Shown here: piece after piece, positions 1 to 22,455 of the stretch
How the letters are laid out: every line of letters begins with the position of its first letter
Numbering within the stretch: the first letter of the stretch is position 1
Source of the DNA: Salpingoeca rosetta
Lineage: Eukaryota; Protista; Choanoflagellata
Assembly (NCBI GenBank): GCA_033442325.1
Contig: JAWQFM010000003.1
Coordinates: forward strand, 408,724-472,723
DNA length: 64,000 bases
Reading direction: 5' to 3'
Position numbers and translations under genes: made by a program
Notes under the pieces: model-generated
What the model was told of the DNA's origin: nothing
The model's input: only the letters and a program-made list of their open reading frames with translations
The model's database searches: none

Positions 1-858
1 AACTGGGCCCTCACCAGCGTCGACTTTGGCGGAATCACAGCCGTGGGGTCGTTTGTGGCCCTCCAAAGCAACTTGGGCGTCACCAGCGTCGACTTTGGCA
101 GCATCACCAGCGTTGGCGAGTACATCGTTTTCACCAACGGCAACGATCTTACCAACATCAACTTTGGCAGCCTCAGCACGGTACAGGGCTACATCAGCTT
201 CGACAACAACGGCGCCCTCACCAGCGTTGATTTCGGCAACATCGCCACTGTGGGTGACTACCTCAGCTTCGACGACAACGACGCCCTCACCAGCGTTGAT
301 TTCGGCAGCATCACCACCGTGTCGGGCGACGTCAGCTTCATGCTTAATGACGCTCTCCCCAGCATCGACTTTGGTAACGTCGCCACCGTGGGCGGCTCCG
401 TTTCCTTCGACCGACACAACTCGCTCGCCAGCGTTGACTTTGGCAGCATCACCAGCGTGCCTGGCGACGTGGGCTTCACTGTCAACATCGCCCTCACCAC
501 TGTCGACTTTGGCAGCGTTGCCACTGTGGGCGGGGACGTCAACTTCTTCTTCAACAATGCCCTCACCAGTCTTGGCTTTGGCAACATCAAGATTGTGGGT
601 GGCTCTGTTTCCTTTGACCGCCACAGCGCCCTCGCCAGCGTTGACTTTGGCGGCATCACGAGCGTGGCTGGAGACATCACCTTCACCTCCAATGCCGCCC
701 TCGCCAGCATCAACTTTGGCAGCGTGGCCACTGTGGGCGGACGCATCACCTTCCAGGACAACGCCGCCCTCACCAGCGTGGATTGCGGCGGCCTTACTGC
801 GGTCTGTGTCAACAACGCCGATGGTATCGCCCTCATCAACTGCCCTGCAGAGTGCTGA
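1..858 (+). CDS. 5'-truncated surface protein: 11 exact 23-aa receptor-L-domain/Ecm33-like LRR repeats plus a Cys-rich C-terminal cap; paralog of 32919-35306
   Basis: Frame 1 is open from base 1 to TGA at 856-858. The 69-bp periodicity is exact from 10 to 768 (consensus LTSVDFGSIxTVGGxxxFxxNxA). Ends LTSVDCGGLTAVCVNNADGIALINCPAEC. No intron in this part. Confidence 0.85.
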   Translation, partial: NWALTSVDFGGITAVGSFVALQSNLGVTSVDFGSITSVGEYIVFTNGNDLTNINFGSLSTVQGYISFDNNGALTSVDFGNIATVGDYLSFDDNDALTSVDFGSITTVSGDVSFMLNDALPSIDFGNVATVGGSVSFDRHNSLASVDFGSITSVPGDVGFTVNIALTTVDFGSVATVGGDVNFFFNNALTSLGFGNIKIVGGSVSFDRHSALASVDFGGITSVAGDITFTSNAALASINFGSVATVGGRITFQDNAALTSVDCGGLTAVCVNNADGIALINCPAEC

Positions 859-1093
859 TCGATAGATTACTTGGGCTTCTGCGATTAGCGGTCCATTTGC
901 TTGTCTTGTGTGTTGTCAGTCTAGCTTCGGTCGAGCGGTCGTAAGCGTGTGTGTGTGTGTGTGTGTGTGTGTGGTTGCGTTCGCGTGTCTGCATGAATTT
1001 GCGTTAGCGTGTCTGCGTAAGTGTTTGCATGTTTCAGGATGTTTCTTCGCTTGGCACGCTTGTGACGTTAGCGAACGTTTGCGTGTGTGTGTG

Positions 1094-1134
<41 letters not shown>

Positions 1135-1369
1135 AACTCACACGTGCCCTTTATGTTTTGAGTAGCTTGAGTTTGGTTGCCTTTCTTTCTCTTTCGTTTG
1201 TCCGTGGGCGTTGGCGATTTGTGACCAATGCACATGCGTGTGTCGTTTCCTTCGTTGTACTGCACTGCACTGATGGCACGTGTGTAACTCAATGGACGGC
1301 AGGCAGGAAAAATGAAAGTGTGCATGCAGACCGGCCGAATCATGGCGGGGAAGACGGAATAACGCGCGC

Positions 1370-1434
<65 letters not shown>

Positions 1435-1534
1435 GCAAACACAAGAACACAAGTACAGTGCACAGTCCCCAGGCGCCAAATCAAATGCACACAAAAACAA
1501 ATCCGTCGCTCACGCACGACCAAACAACATGCAG

Positions 1535-4000
1535 TCATGATGCAGGGGAGAGGAGGAGGAACGCGGAGCCATGTGCAGGAACAAAAGTCGAGAATGAACC
1601 CGTGGCCTTGCCAAGATCGGCGTGTCGCCAGAGGTCGCGCACGTGCAAGGTCGTCTTGCTGTTCCACGCGCGCTCCGGCACCGCAGAGAAGTGGAAGCCA
1701 AGCGTTTGGTTCACCATGGCGGCGTTGTGGATGACAACAGCGACCGTGCTGTTGTCGGACAGCGGGCGAGCAAGCACAATGGATGGTGGCGGGGGCGTGG
1801 TGACGCACTTGCACGTGTGCTTGCCGCTGCCATCCTCATTGCAGGTGACATCCTGCACGCCATCGCACGTGAAGATGCCGCGGCAACCGTGATCGGTCCA
1901 CATGGTCTCGTCGCCGTTGCAGCCAAATGAGACGCCCTGCACACACGGGTCGTGCGACAGCTGCTTCTCCAACGCACATGACGCCAAAGGCTTCAGGTCA
2001 TGCCGCTGCCGCTGCTGCTGCTGTTCCTGTTCCTGCTTGCGCTGTGCATGCAGGTGCATCGTGTGCCGGGCATGGCTGAGGGTGCCGTTGCCAATGGCGC
2101 GAACAGACTGCAAGCTGGCGCTGTCGTTGTACACGGCGAGAATCTCGTGGTTGAACCACACGCGCGCCATGAAGTCCGTCATGTTGCGCGGGTCTGACGC
2201 TATCAGCAAGGAGCCGCCGGCAATGGTCCACACGCTAAACTCCGACATGTACTCGTCCTCGGTCTGCCCAGGACAGCGCGTGCCCGGCGGGGAGTGCGCG
2301 CCGCAGCCCTGCCCACCGGTGAAGATGAAGTCTGGGTCTGGGAGGCCGTAGGTGGGGTTTGGGCCCCAATATGGCTGGCGGTTGTGGGCGAGGACGTCGA
2401 TGATGCTGCTGGTGCTGTCCCACTCGTCGTGGTGGTCGTGGGCGATGCGGAAGGAGGTGCCACACTTGGCGCACGTGTCCGAGTTCCAGTCGCAGTGGAA
2501 GCACAACCAGAAGTCGCGCCCCGTCTTGAGCAGCTCAGATGACATGTCGCATGACAGCTCTTCCTTGGTGTGGCCGTCCGGCAGGTTGCAGTCGTCAAAC
2601 TTGACGTAGTCCACCTCCCAGTCCTTGAATGTGGCCGCATCCTGCGCATAGTAGGGGTAGCTCCCCGTGAATGGCGAGTGGCACGCGTCCGCGCCCAAGT
2701 CTGCAGCAGAATGTGTGTGCGTGCGTGCGTATGTGTGATCGCGCGTTTGCGTATGTGTGATTGTGATTGTGTATGTATGCATGGATGAGTGGATGGGTGG
2801 ATGGGAAAGAGGGAGAGAAACATTGTGCGTGTGCGTGTGTGTGTGTGTGTGCTTGAATGTTTAGATGCGCGTATGGTGACTCGTGGTGACGGTTCCAAAA
2901 CGTGTTCTTTTACACAATGCCACGCCCCATGCCCTCGCTCCAGTGTGTTGATACCAGTGTAAAGGCCGAACTTGAAGCCCAGGTCGTGGATCTTCTTGAT
3001 GAACGCCTTCATGCCTTCAGGAAACCGGACTGGGTCACCTTTGATCTCATGTGTCTTTGGATCGCGCAGGCCCCAGCAATCGTCCAACTGCAGCGCACGC
3101 ACAAGATCCAAAAAATAAAGATGAAGACAGATGAGAGACACAGAGAGACACAGAGAGTGTGTGAGTGAGAGAGAGAGTGTGTGTGTGTGTGACAGAGAGA
3201 GAGAGAGAGACAGTGACAGAGACACAGAGACACACACATAGAGAGAGAGACAGTGACAGAGAGACACAGAGAGCCCCAACCCGATCACACACAACAAACA
3301 TGCTGACATGTTGCCGCGAAGGAACATCCAATGCAAAAAAAAAAAAACACACACACACACATACACACAAAGCTTGTTGGCGAGCCATTGCTTGCCGCAA
3401 AACACACTGACGTTGATGTGGTCGTAACCAGCTGCAAGCATGCCGCTGGCTTTGATGGTCTTGGCGACGTCCAGCACTTCATCAGACGTGCACCAGTCCA
3501 CGCCACACTTGTTTTGCGTGCACCTATGCGCATGACCACATTGTTGTGACAATGTTGAGCAACAAATGCGGGTTTGGGTGGCAAGCACACAATGCCATGC
3601 AAAATACACATTCCAAGTACACATGAGCACACCACAAACGAAAACACACGCACACGCACGAACAGCAACAACAAACACAAACACAAACACAAACACAAAC
3701 ACAAACACAAACACACAAACACAAACACAAACACACAAACACAAACACAAACACAAACACAAACACAAACACAAACACAAACACAAACACAAATACACAC
3801 AACCAACACAAACAAAAAACATGCCGCTTCACCCATGCACACCGCTTCCCATGCCATCCATTTCCAACCCACCATGTGTTCCAGCCCATTAATGGCTTGA
3901 TGCCCTTGCTGCCGGGACGCGCCTGCACGCCCACAGCAGCAGCCAGCACGACCACTGCAACCACAACAACACCAGAAGCGCGCACCGCCACCATTGTCAT
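1535..4000 (-). CDS. Secreted GH27 alpha-galactosidase / alpha-N-acetylgalactosaminidase-like enzyme; exons ~4000-3873, 3523-3412, 3087-2955, 2700-1535
   Basis: Signal peptide, then PLMGWNTW, GYDHIN|LDDCW, DPVRFPEGMK, KFGLYT|DLG, DYVKFDDC (nucleophile), FRIAHD (acid/base), PDPD, and C-terminal VRDLW beta-sandwich. GT-AG junctions keep the frame. Confidence 0.92.
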
Positions 4001-4079
4001 CTTTGCCAGTGCAGCGCAGCAGTATCGTTTATGATTCCAGTCAATTTTCCGTAACGCACGTTGCAGGACAAGGCGAAGG
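4001..4079. promoter_or_regulatory. Putative bidirectional promoter between GH27 and MFS genes
   Basis: Only 79 bp separate two divergent start codons, and the interval has no microsatellite. Confidence 0.55.
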
Positions 4080-7537
<3,458 letters not shown>

Positions 7538-8026
7538 CAACAATAACAACAACAGCAGCAGCAAAAAACTCTTGACACGCACCCGTGTGTGTCTGCATCA
7601 GCGCATTCCCTCCTCCTCACATTTCTCATTCACTCTCATTTCTCATTTCTCTCTCATCTCTCGCGCTCTCGCACTCCATTGCACTCATGGGCAAGCGCTG
7701 CTTGTCTTGAGAGCTAGCACGCCGTGGCGTCTCTGCTCGGCGTTTGACTATGGTTCTCGTATTATCCTTTTGCCTGGAAGGTTCCATGTGACGTGTGCGT
7801 TGATTCAGCAGTACACCTGTAGGTTAGGGAGACATGGCACACGCATACGATGAAATCCACACGTCAGCCAAGGCACCACACACATACTCCGATGCGCACA
7901 AACAAACAAAGCACACGCACCTGCAAGACACACACACACACAAAGCACACACAAAGCACACACACACACACTCTCCCATGCCCGCGCGCACAAGTGTGCT
8001 CACCAACACAGCGTCGCTTGAATTGA

Positions 8027-10050
8027 TTAAGAGCTGTGCACGAGCACGGCGATTTCCTGTATCATGACCCACGTTGTGTGGATTGCTCGGCTGATAATCT
8101 TCACCTGTGACACGCGGCGCTTGTGTGACACGGCAGCCTGAAGGTCCGGGACAACCACCAATGCAGTCGCGGCAGGAAGCGATGTGAGCACTGACACAAC
8201 AAGGTGTTCGTGTTCTTCACCTCCCACAGTGCCTCAGAACGCCATCGCATCTCTGTTTCTCTCTCTGTTGTCGTATTAACTTAAGAACCGGAACAACAGT
8301 GGTCTGCGCGAATAGCTTCCACAAGCGTAACTATCAAACAGTCTCACCTCTGCGATGCCTTTATCGAAAGCTGCGAGGATTGTTGATCGCGTTGATCCTT
8401 CAAACAACACATGCAGCTCTCCTAACATTTGTGCATGCAGATGATAAGGACAATTGGCAAAGGTGCGTGTGTGTGCGAGTGTGTGCGAGTGTGTGTGTGT
8501 GTGTGTGCACGTGTATGTGTGCGTGATTGTTGAACATGAGCGGACTTGCTACTACCATTCATCCTTCAAACAAGAGCGCGTACCGGCTTGGAGTCTGTCG
8601 GCGCTGTTGTGTTCCTTTGTGCCTGTACGCACACGCTGGCCAATTGAGGGGCAAAACAGATAAAAGCGCACGTCGTATTCACGTGTAAGGCAACGTGGTG
8701 GACAGCAGAAGACCAGGCAATGTGTGTGACGCACGCATGGTATTTCGACGAACAATTCCCCTCACAATGTGAATGACGCGTGCGGGCCGAGTGAAAGCGA
8801 TGGTCAGGTCGTCCCCATCTTGCACCGCCGCCGCCCAGAACCCGCTGCAGAGAGAGGGAGAGAGGGAGACAGACAGAGAGACGAGAGTGAGCGACGTCAT
8901 GAATTTGCGTGAGCACACAGCCATACACGGTTAGAAACAAAGATAGATGGGCCCCCTAGATGCGGGGCGCACAGACACACACACAGACACACACACAGAC
9001 ACACACACAGACACACACACAGACACACACACAGACACACACACACACACACACAGACACACACACACAGAGGACCACAGACGTTGGGTTGTTGTCAGTG
9101 CCTCACTGCATCAACCAAGAAGTGCCCACAACCGTGCAGTCTAACCCGGGCGCACGAAGATATGCGTCGATGGGAAGTGAGGAGAACGCTGGCGTCATGC
9201 TGCTCGTCACCTCTGTGACATCCGCAGTCGGAAAACAAATGGGTGAGGAAGGCGATCACGAGAACCGGATACCAGGGCAGCAATACAAATAAACAACGGC
9301 GGCCAAATCTTGGCATGTTAAGGTTGTCTGATACCACCAACACAGCCCACTGCACGGACACATGACCATGGAAGCTGTGTAAACAACGCACCTGCCGGTG
9401 GATTATCGGCCCTCCATCGCTTGAGGTCGTACTCCAGCTCGTAATTCGGCTCCACCGCCGTTTGTCTCTTTCCGCTGAGGGACGAGCGTGTGCCCACGTG
9501 CTGAAACAGCGGTGGCTGGCGCTGTCGGACGTCATTCTGTCAGGGCAGCGCGCAACAAACACATACTGGATTGAGTGTGGTTGTGTGTATGTGTGTGTGT
9601 GGTTGTGATTGTGTGTGATTGTGTGTACGTGTGTACGTGTGTGTGTGTGTGTGCGTGTGTGTATGTGTGTGTGTTCGTGACCTTGCGGTTCTGAATGGCA
9701 ATGTAGTATTGCAGGAGAAGATCCACCGGAGCGTCGGCATAGAATGTCTACACACGCGCATGTTGGAGGTGGGGGCAAGGCGTCAGCGACAGCAGCAGCA
9801 GCTTGCGATATGACAGAACTCCAACACAATCCCCATCCTCTTGTGTACGATTCTTGCACGCACATACACGTGTGCTCGTCTGCACTTGAACACACTCCCC
9901 TGACCATCCTGCATACAGACACAGGTTGAAGCTCACGTGAAAGAGGTGTGCCAGTGCCGGGAGGTCTGCAGAGGGAAACGCTTTGCCGATGAACCCCAAC
10001 GTACTGAATTCAAGCATCACCGCCTGCATCGTGTTGAGATGATATGTGCG

Positions 10051-10123
<73 letters not shown>

Positions 10124-11928
10124 CGTGTGTTAGTGTGTGTGTGTGTGTTAGTGTGTGTGTGCGTGTGTTAGTGTGTGTGCACGTGCGTGTGTGTATGTGA
10201 AAGTGAAGCACGCATGCATCAAAGGCGTGGGGTGCATGTGGCTGTGTGCGACTGTGCACGTGTGACAGCTGCTTGCAAGTTGCATCACACAAGACGAACC
10301 TGCGGGAATGCATCTACAAACGCGTTGAGAGCCGGCAAATAGTGTCGTGTCGCGCTCACATCATCCTCAAGCTGCAACCCGTATGCACGCGCACGTGTAC
10401 AGGCACTGCGTAAGTTGATGTCGACTGAGGGCGTGCGGTTTGCATCATCAGCTAGACAACATGCGCACCAGACATCTGCAACACGGGTGCTCTTTTCTTA
10501 CTTGGAGATATGTGGAAGCGAGACGGGCGGAGAAAGCCATGAGGAAGCTGTAATCGACGCATTGTTTCTGGCGCCAAATCGTCCGCGCCTGTGAGTCCTC
10601 GTAGTCATTCCTCTTGTGGTAGAGCTGCGGGTAATACGCATCAGGGACCTGAACCACGACAAGGTCACACGGCAGCGTCACCAAGATGGCACCCACACAC
10701 ACGCGCGCGCGTGCAGCAATCCAACAAAACGACTCACAAGCAATGCAACACACACAGCACAGCAAGTACCACACAACAAAACAACAGGACATCAGACAGC
10801 AAGGATGGACATGTTCAACTGGTTGCAGCTGAGCATACTTCGATGACGATGATACGACTTGCATGCACATGGTGCGAGAACTCTGTGGCGATGGTCAACT
10901 TCAACTGGCGGACATAATTATGGTTGTCAAGGGAGAAGTGGAAGGTAAGGCCGAAGAAACAAAGGTTCAAGGCAAGGGAAGTCAAGTACAAGATTGTCCC
11001 TCACACACACACAAACACTCACTCACTCGCACACGCACTCACGCACTCACTCACTCGCACGCACTCACGCACACTCACTCACTCTCTCACATACACACAC
11101 TCTCTCTCATTCACTCACACACACACACACACACTCTCTCTCTCACACACACACGCACACACCACCTGCACCTTCTCGCGGAGGAGAGGGTCGCGATCTG
11201 CGGCGAGGATGACGACGACGATGTCCTTGAGGAGATGCCTCTCTGGAACATCCAAGAGGCTGTGTAGCGTGTCTGTGATGTACCTCTTCTTGATGCCGGA
11301 GCGCCAGACGCTTGGAATTCCAATTGCCAGCTTCCCTGCATCATAATATCGCACGTGCACGTGACATGCATATGAACCAAGCACTCGCCAGCAGCAGCTT
11401 GCACATGGCGCCGCAGGCGAGAGAGAGCGTGTGTGTGCGTGTGTATGTGTATGTGTATGTGTGCATGTGTGTGTGTGCTTTTTCAGGTCATGTGAATGGT
11501 CCGTCAAGCCGCAAAAAGCAAGCACGCGAGGCGTCACTCACGTTTGCTTGATGGCAGCGATCCCACAGTGACGTGGTCGCTCAGGTCCATGCATCGCAAC
11601 ACTGTTGGATCCGTTGCCCAGCAACCCGTGAACAAGATGTGCGTCGAGAGTCAAACAATATGCACAATTGGCGAAGAGCGCGCCAACCAACACACACGCA
11701 CATGTGCACGCGCACACACGCACACGCACACATACACACACAAACACGCAAGCAAACGTACACACGCGTACACCCCCCTACACACGCACCGTCCTGGACG
11801 CTGGTTGGTCTCGGACACGCGCCATCCTCGCTGGTGAGCCCAGTCCAGAGCAGCACGGAACAGCCAACAACCACGATAGCCCCGAGCGCCAACAGCGCAC
11901 CCACGCGTCGCCCACTTCCTCGCATCAT
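8027..11928 (-). CDS. MGAT4-family (GT54) N-acetylglucosaminyltransferase, type II Golgi protein, about 12-13 exons (internal boundaries approximate)
   Basis: N-terminal TM anchor (MMRGSGRRVGALLALGAIVVVGCSVLLW). Exonic motifs LAIGIPSV..RYITDTLHSL, WRQKQCVDYSFLM, YLQ|LEDDV, LEFSTLGFIGKAF, PVDLLL, LFQHVGTRSSL, FWAAAVQDGD, and terminal WVMIQEI of the MGAT4 C-terminal lectin-like domain. Confidence 0.88.
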
Positions 11929-12183
11929 CGCGGTCCGTGTTTTTCGCACCAAACGCAGCGAGAAGAAGCGGGGTTCAAGCACCAGGGTGATCAATAAATC
12001 ATGCTGTTGTCCAAAAAACCAGGCAGTTTTTTTTTTTTCTTGCTTTGCTTCACTTGCTTGCTTGCATGTGCTGTGGCTGTTGCTCGCGCACACCATTTCT
12101 CGCTGCCTTGCTCAACCAACACCAACCAACCTTGTCTCTTGTGAAGACACGCACGCGAAACTTCTGATCTCCATCCATCCACC

Positions 12184-13737
12184 ATGGCGGAACCGGTTGA
12201 TGTGCGGGCGAGGGCGGTGTTCCAGGAAGCCGACAGGGACGGCAATGGCCACCTTTCCAAGCGAGAGATCAAGCGCGTCATGCAAAAGGTTAGCCACCTG
12301 TGAGAGGGTGAGGAGTACAAACTTGCTTGGAATGCCTATGTAGTTGGTGTTGCATTGTTGCTGTTGCTCCCCTCCCCGTCACCTCCATCGCCACCACTGT
12401 CCTCATGTTTGCTGTCCTCATATTGTGCTCAGAACAAGGAATTGAAGCAAGAACTGCTCGGAGACATGGGCTGGCATGACTTGTGGCAAGTCCTTGATGC
12501 TGATCAGGTCAGTGTTGCTTGCTTGCAGGCAAGCAAGGTGCAACTAGAGGTGTGAAGCGCACGCAAAGCTGTGTCTCTGTCTGTGTTTGTGCCTGCATCT
12601 GTGCCTGCATCTGTGTTTTGTTTGTGTGTCTCTGCTATTCACCCACTTCATCCACTCACTCACACACCCATTCACTCACACACACTCACACACACTCACA
12701 CACACTCACACACACTCACACACACACACACTCTCTCTCTCTCTCGATACAGAGCAAGACCATTGAACTGGAGGAGCTCGTTAACTACATGAGCAAGCGA
12801 GCCACAAACAACGCCATGCACAAGATGCAGCACCCTCAAAGTGTCCACGGCACCGCCCACCACCGCGCCAAGGTCCCGCTCACCCAAAACCAAAACGAGC
12901 TGGAAGGAGCTGTCATCTCCGCGCAATCAGCCACAACAACAACAACAACCACGGCTGGCAAAGGCCGAAGCAACGCCAACACGGGAAATGCAGCCGTCTT
13001 GCACTCGAAAACACACCGTCCCCAAGACCCCCAGGCCATGCTGGACGTCCTACACGCGGGACAGCCTGTGCTGATGACGCCCGAACAGCGCGGACGATCA
13101 AACTACTTGTCTGACGAGTCTGGCTTCTTGTCCAGTCACGAGCACACGCCAACGGGCGGCGGCAGCCGCAGCCCACAAGAACAAGAAGAAGCCCGCCACT
13201 TCAAGGGGACAGCATCCACTGCCGCAACGACGACAGCCGCTCAGGGGGAAGAGCAAGTCGATGTGGAGGATGTCAGCTTGGAGGTGCAAGACGAGACGCC
13301 GCCTCTCAACACGTCCCCCATCAACCTGCAAGCACAGCAAGCCTCGCGCAAGATGCAGTACTTTGACATTGACGACATGGGCGCAAGCGGCGCCTTCTCG
13401 TCCGCGGCTCCCTTCCGCCGCCGCGATGATCAAGATGAACACCTCATTGATACTCGGGAAGTGTCCTCGGTTGCCTCACACGGATCCTCCGAGTTCATCA
13501 ACTTCGGTCAGTCGCGTGCTGTGCCTGCCTTGTCTCCACTCGCACCCACCCCATCAGAAGCGTCAACACCAGCACAAGCACCAGCACCAGCAGCACCACG
13601 AGCAACAACAGCAACAACAGCACCAGCTCTCTCGGTGACAGCCACGCGTGACGCACGTGCCTCCTCAGCGTTAATTGCACGCTCACAACAACAGCTCCAC
13701 AGCCACCATCATCGCCACCATCATCGCCACCACCAGC

Positions 13738-13795
<58 letters not shown>

Positions 13796-15950
13796 TAGAC
13801 TGCAACATAGACTGCGGCGGTCATGGTTGCCTGGGAAATACTATGTGGTCACGCACCCTCACGCACCTTCTGGCAATGACCACCACGTGCACTTGCGCTA
13901 TGTCGATGCAAACACGCTGAACAACACGCACACCACGCACACGGGGCTTGGTTCGTCAGAGCTGGATGACTCGGAGCTGGACATGTACGAGGGCGAAGGT
14001 GCAGACACGCGCTCCCGCCACCCACACATTCGCCGCCGACATCGTGGCCGCCGCCACCGGGACCGCCGCAAGCCGAGGACCCGGCCCGTGCCACTGCTCA
14101 CCCGCGTGCTTGGCTTCCTGGCTGCCCTCTTTGTGTTGGGCCTGCACGTGGCCATCTTGGGTGCCACCGCTGTGATTGGCGCGCTCACAGGCACGCTTCA
14201 CCGCACAGAGCTTGAGGATGAAGAAGACGCGCAGCAGGAAGAGCAGGCGATGGAGGTTGCACGCGCCATGACCACCACCTCCTCAGCAACTTTGACAACA
14301 AGACTCGTCACTGAGCACCCTCCACAACAACAACACCAACAACACCAACAACACCAACAGCAGCGTCAACAGCAACAACAACACCAGCAACACCAGCAAC
14401 AGCAGCGTCAAGGCCAACGTGGTGCGTGTAACTCTGCTGGTATTGCGTGCATCTACTCCTCTGCCTGTGACATGTGTGCCTTCGTTTATAACACCCTGCA
14501 CATCTGCGGGCCTTTGCATGCCCATGTAACCAGCTGACTGAACTCACAATTTCGCTTGCTTATCTCGTGATTTTTGTTTCCGTGTCGTGCACACATGCAC
14601 TCGCATACAGGACTCTTTGCAAAGGTGCGTTCCTTGTTGGCTGTACAAGGCGCGAAAAATGTCAAAGTTCTGTGTGTGTGTGTTTTTTTCCCCCTGCACG
14701 TGGTTCCGAACCTTCTGTAAAGGCACTTGGGGGGGGGGCGTTCTTTCTCTCTGCCAATGGTTCACCTCTGCAACTGCTTGCGATTCCGAACCATCCGCGA
14801 TTACTTTGATGCACAAAGCGATCATGTGCTCACAAGCTCACACGCCGTGTGTATTTCTGACCACCTGCTTCTTGTTCGCCGCTGCCAATCGGTTACTGCT
14901 CGGTGTGCTGCACCGTCCTCGCACAACAGATTGCCATTGCCAGGGACAACTGGGTACTGGCTGCCAAGGACGCTCTCTTGTCTCTGATTGATACATTGAG
15001 CACCGCCATCATGTAAGCCCATGCTTGCACCTGCGTGTTGGTGCTATTGTGATGTGTGGCAACATCGCCCCTGCGTTGATGCTCTTGACGCTCCATCAGC
15101 ACATTGCTCTGGCTGCGTGCCGTATGCTTATGCCTTGTTCCACGTTGTTGGCATTCCGCCATCCTGCATCCTCGTAACGGTTTACAGGCGCGCAGCGCAC
15201 GTGACGCCCAACGCTGCCGTGCGACACGCAAAGCAGCGAGTGCGGTCCATCAAAGCCTCTGCACGCTCCACCGTCGCCAACATCTTCAGGTGTGTTGCCT
15301 GTGCGTGTGCGTATGTTTTTAGGCTTTTGCTTGTGCATGCACGTGTTTGTCTCTTGGGCACTCTTCAAGCCACTACCACAGCGCACAGAGTCACTGTCGA
15401 TGACAGCTCCCAAGTACATCGATGGTACTTTCATTAGTCTGTCTTTTACGTTTCGCTCGGACCCTCTCGCCAACTCACACACACACACACACATGTTGCG
15501 TTGCTTCTTGCTGGTTGTTGTCGTCGGTTGTGTGCTGTGATAGGAAAACGGAGGATCGTGTGAAACGCATGGCGGGTGCGGTTGTTGGATTCCTGTGCCT
15601 GTGCGTTGCCGTGTATGCCGGTATTCTTCTTTCGATTGGCGCCACAGTGCTCAACATTACCCGCACGGTATGTATTTTGGTGCTATGAAATTATTGCGAC
15701 ATTGTGTTCTGTGCGTGTGTGCTGTGTGTGTGTGTGTTTATGCGTGTTTGTGTGTGTGTGTGTGTATGTGTGTATGTGTGCGTGCGCGTCTGTATGTGCG
15801 CCCTCACGTTGTAAGGTGTGTATGCGCGAGACCGCAACTGTCTGGTTTTCAGCCCTTTCTGTCCTCACTTGCCTTGTCGCCTGGCCTTGCCCTTTTGCGA
15901 CTGCTGGATTGTTGTAGCTGCTGCGTGGCGGACAGCGTGCGACCGCGTAG
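12184..15950 (+). CDS. EF-hand protein with long low-complexity linker and C-terminal hydrophobic segments; 3' exon structure uncertain
   Basis: Exon 1 MAEPVDVRARAVFQEADRDGNGHLSKREIKRVMQK has a canonical EF loop. The second EF-hand is split across exons (LDADQ|SKTIELEELVNYM). A large exon ~12753-14421 carries polyQ/His and a TM-like stretch (VLGFLAALFVLGLHVAILGATAVIGALTG). Further hydrophobic exon near 15544-15667. Confidence 0.65.
13736..13794 (+). repeat. (CAA)n coding polyQ in the EF-hand gene
   Basis: In-frame CAA run within the large exon. Confidence 0.9.
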
Positions 15951-16315
15951 ACGCACGTACACACACGCATGTGCGGGCGTCTCTATATTTCAAGGACCGC
16001 CCGTCAAGTGTGCACTGCTGCAGTGGCACCTCTCTGTTCCTTTCTCTCCATAGTTACCACCTTCCGTCCCTCCTGACGTGACCTCTTTTCCCTTTGACCT
16101 CCCCGCTTTCTTTCTTCATTCCGGTTGCGTTTTTCAATCGCATGTCTGCACGGTTACAGCTTCTTATAGATGCCCACACAGCAGCAAATATTATGACATG
16201 AATGAACAGCGAACGCACATTGAACACATGGCACACATTGCAATCAAGCAGGAGTGGAACGATGTGATGTGACACCGAAGCAGTAACATCTCCAATACCA
16301 AAAGCACACACACAC

Positions 16316-16399
<84 letters not shown>

Positions 16400-16411
16400 C
16401 AGAAGCAGCCG

Positions 16412-22455
<6,044 letters not shown>

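Noticed and set aside
10-768. 69-bp periodic repeat as a CRISPR array or DGR target
   Set aside because: Units are in-frame coding repeats with synonymous variation. There are no identical repeats with unique spacers, no cas or reverse transcriptase gene, and variation is not adenine-specific.
26-865. Alternative-frame 279-aa ORF and antisense ORF 258-839
   Set aside because: Ser/Thr/Pro-rich by-products of the repetitive main frame.
900-1500. Numerous CVCVCV/HTHTHT ORFs here and throughout the window
   Set aside because: Translations of GT/CA microsatellites in introns and intergenic DNA.
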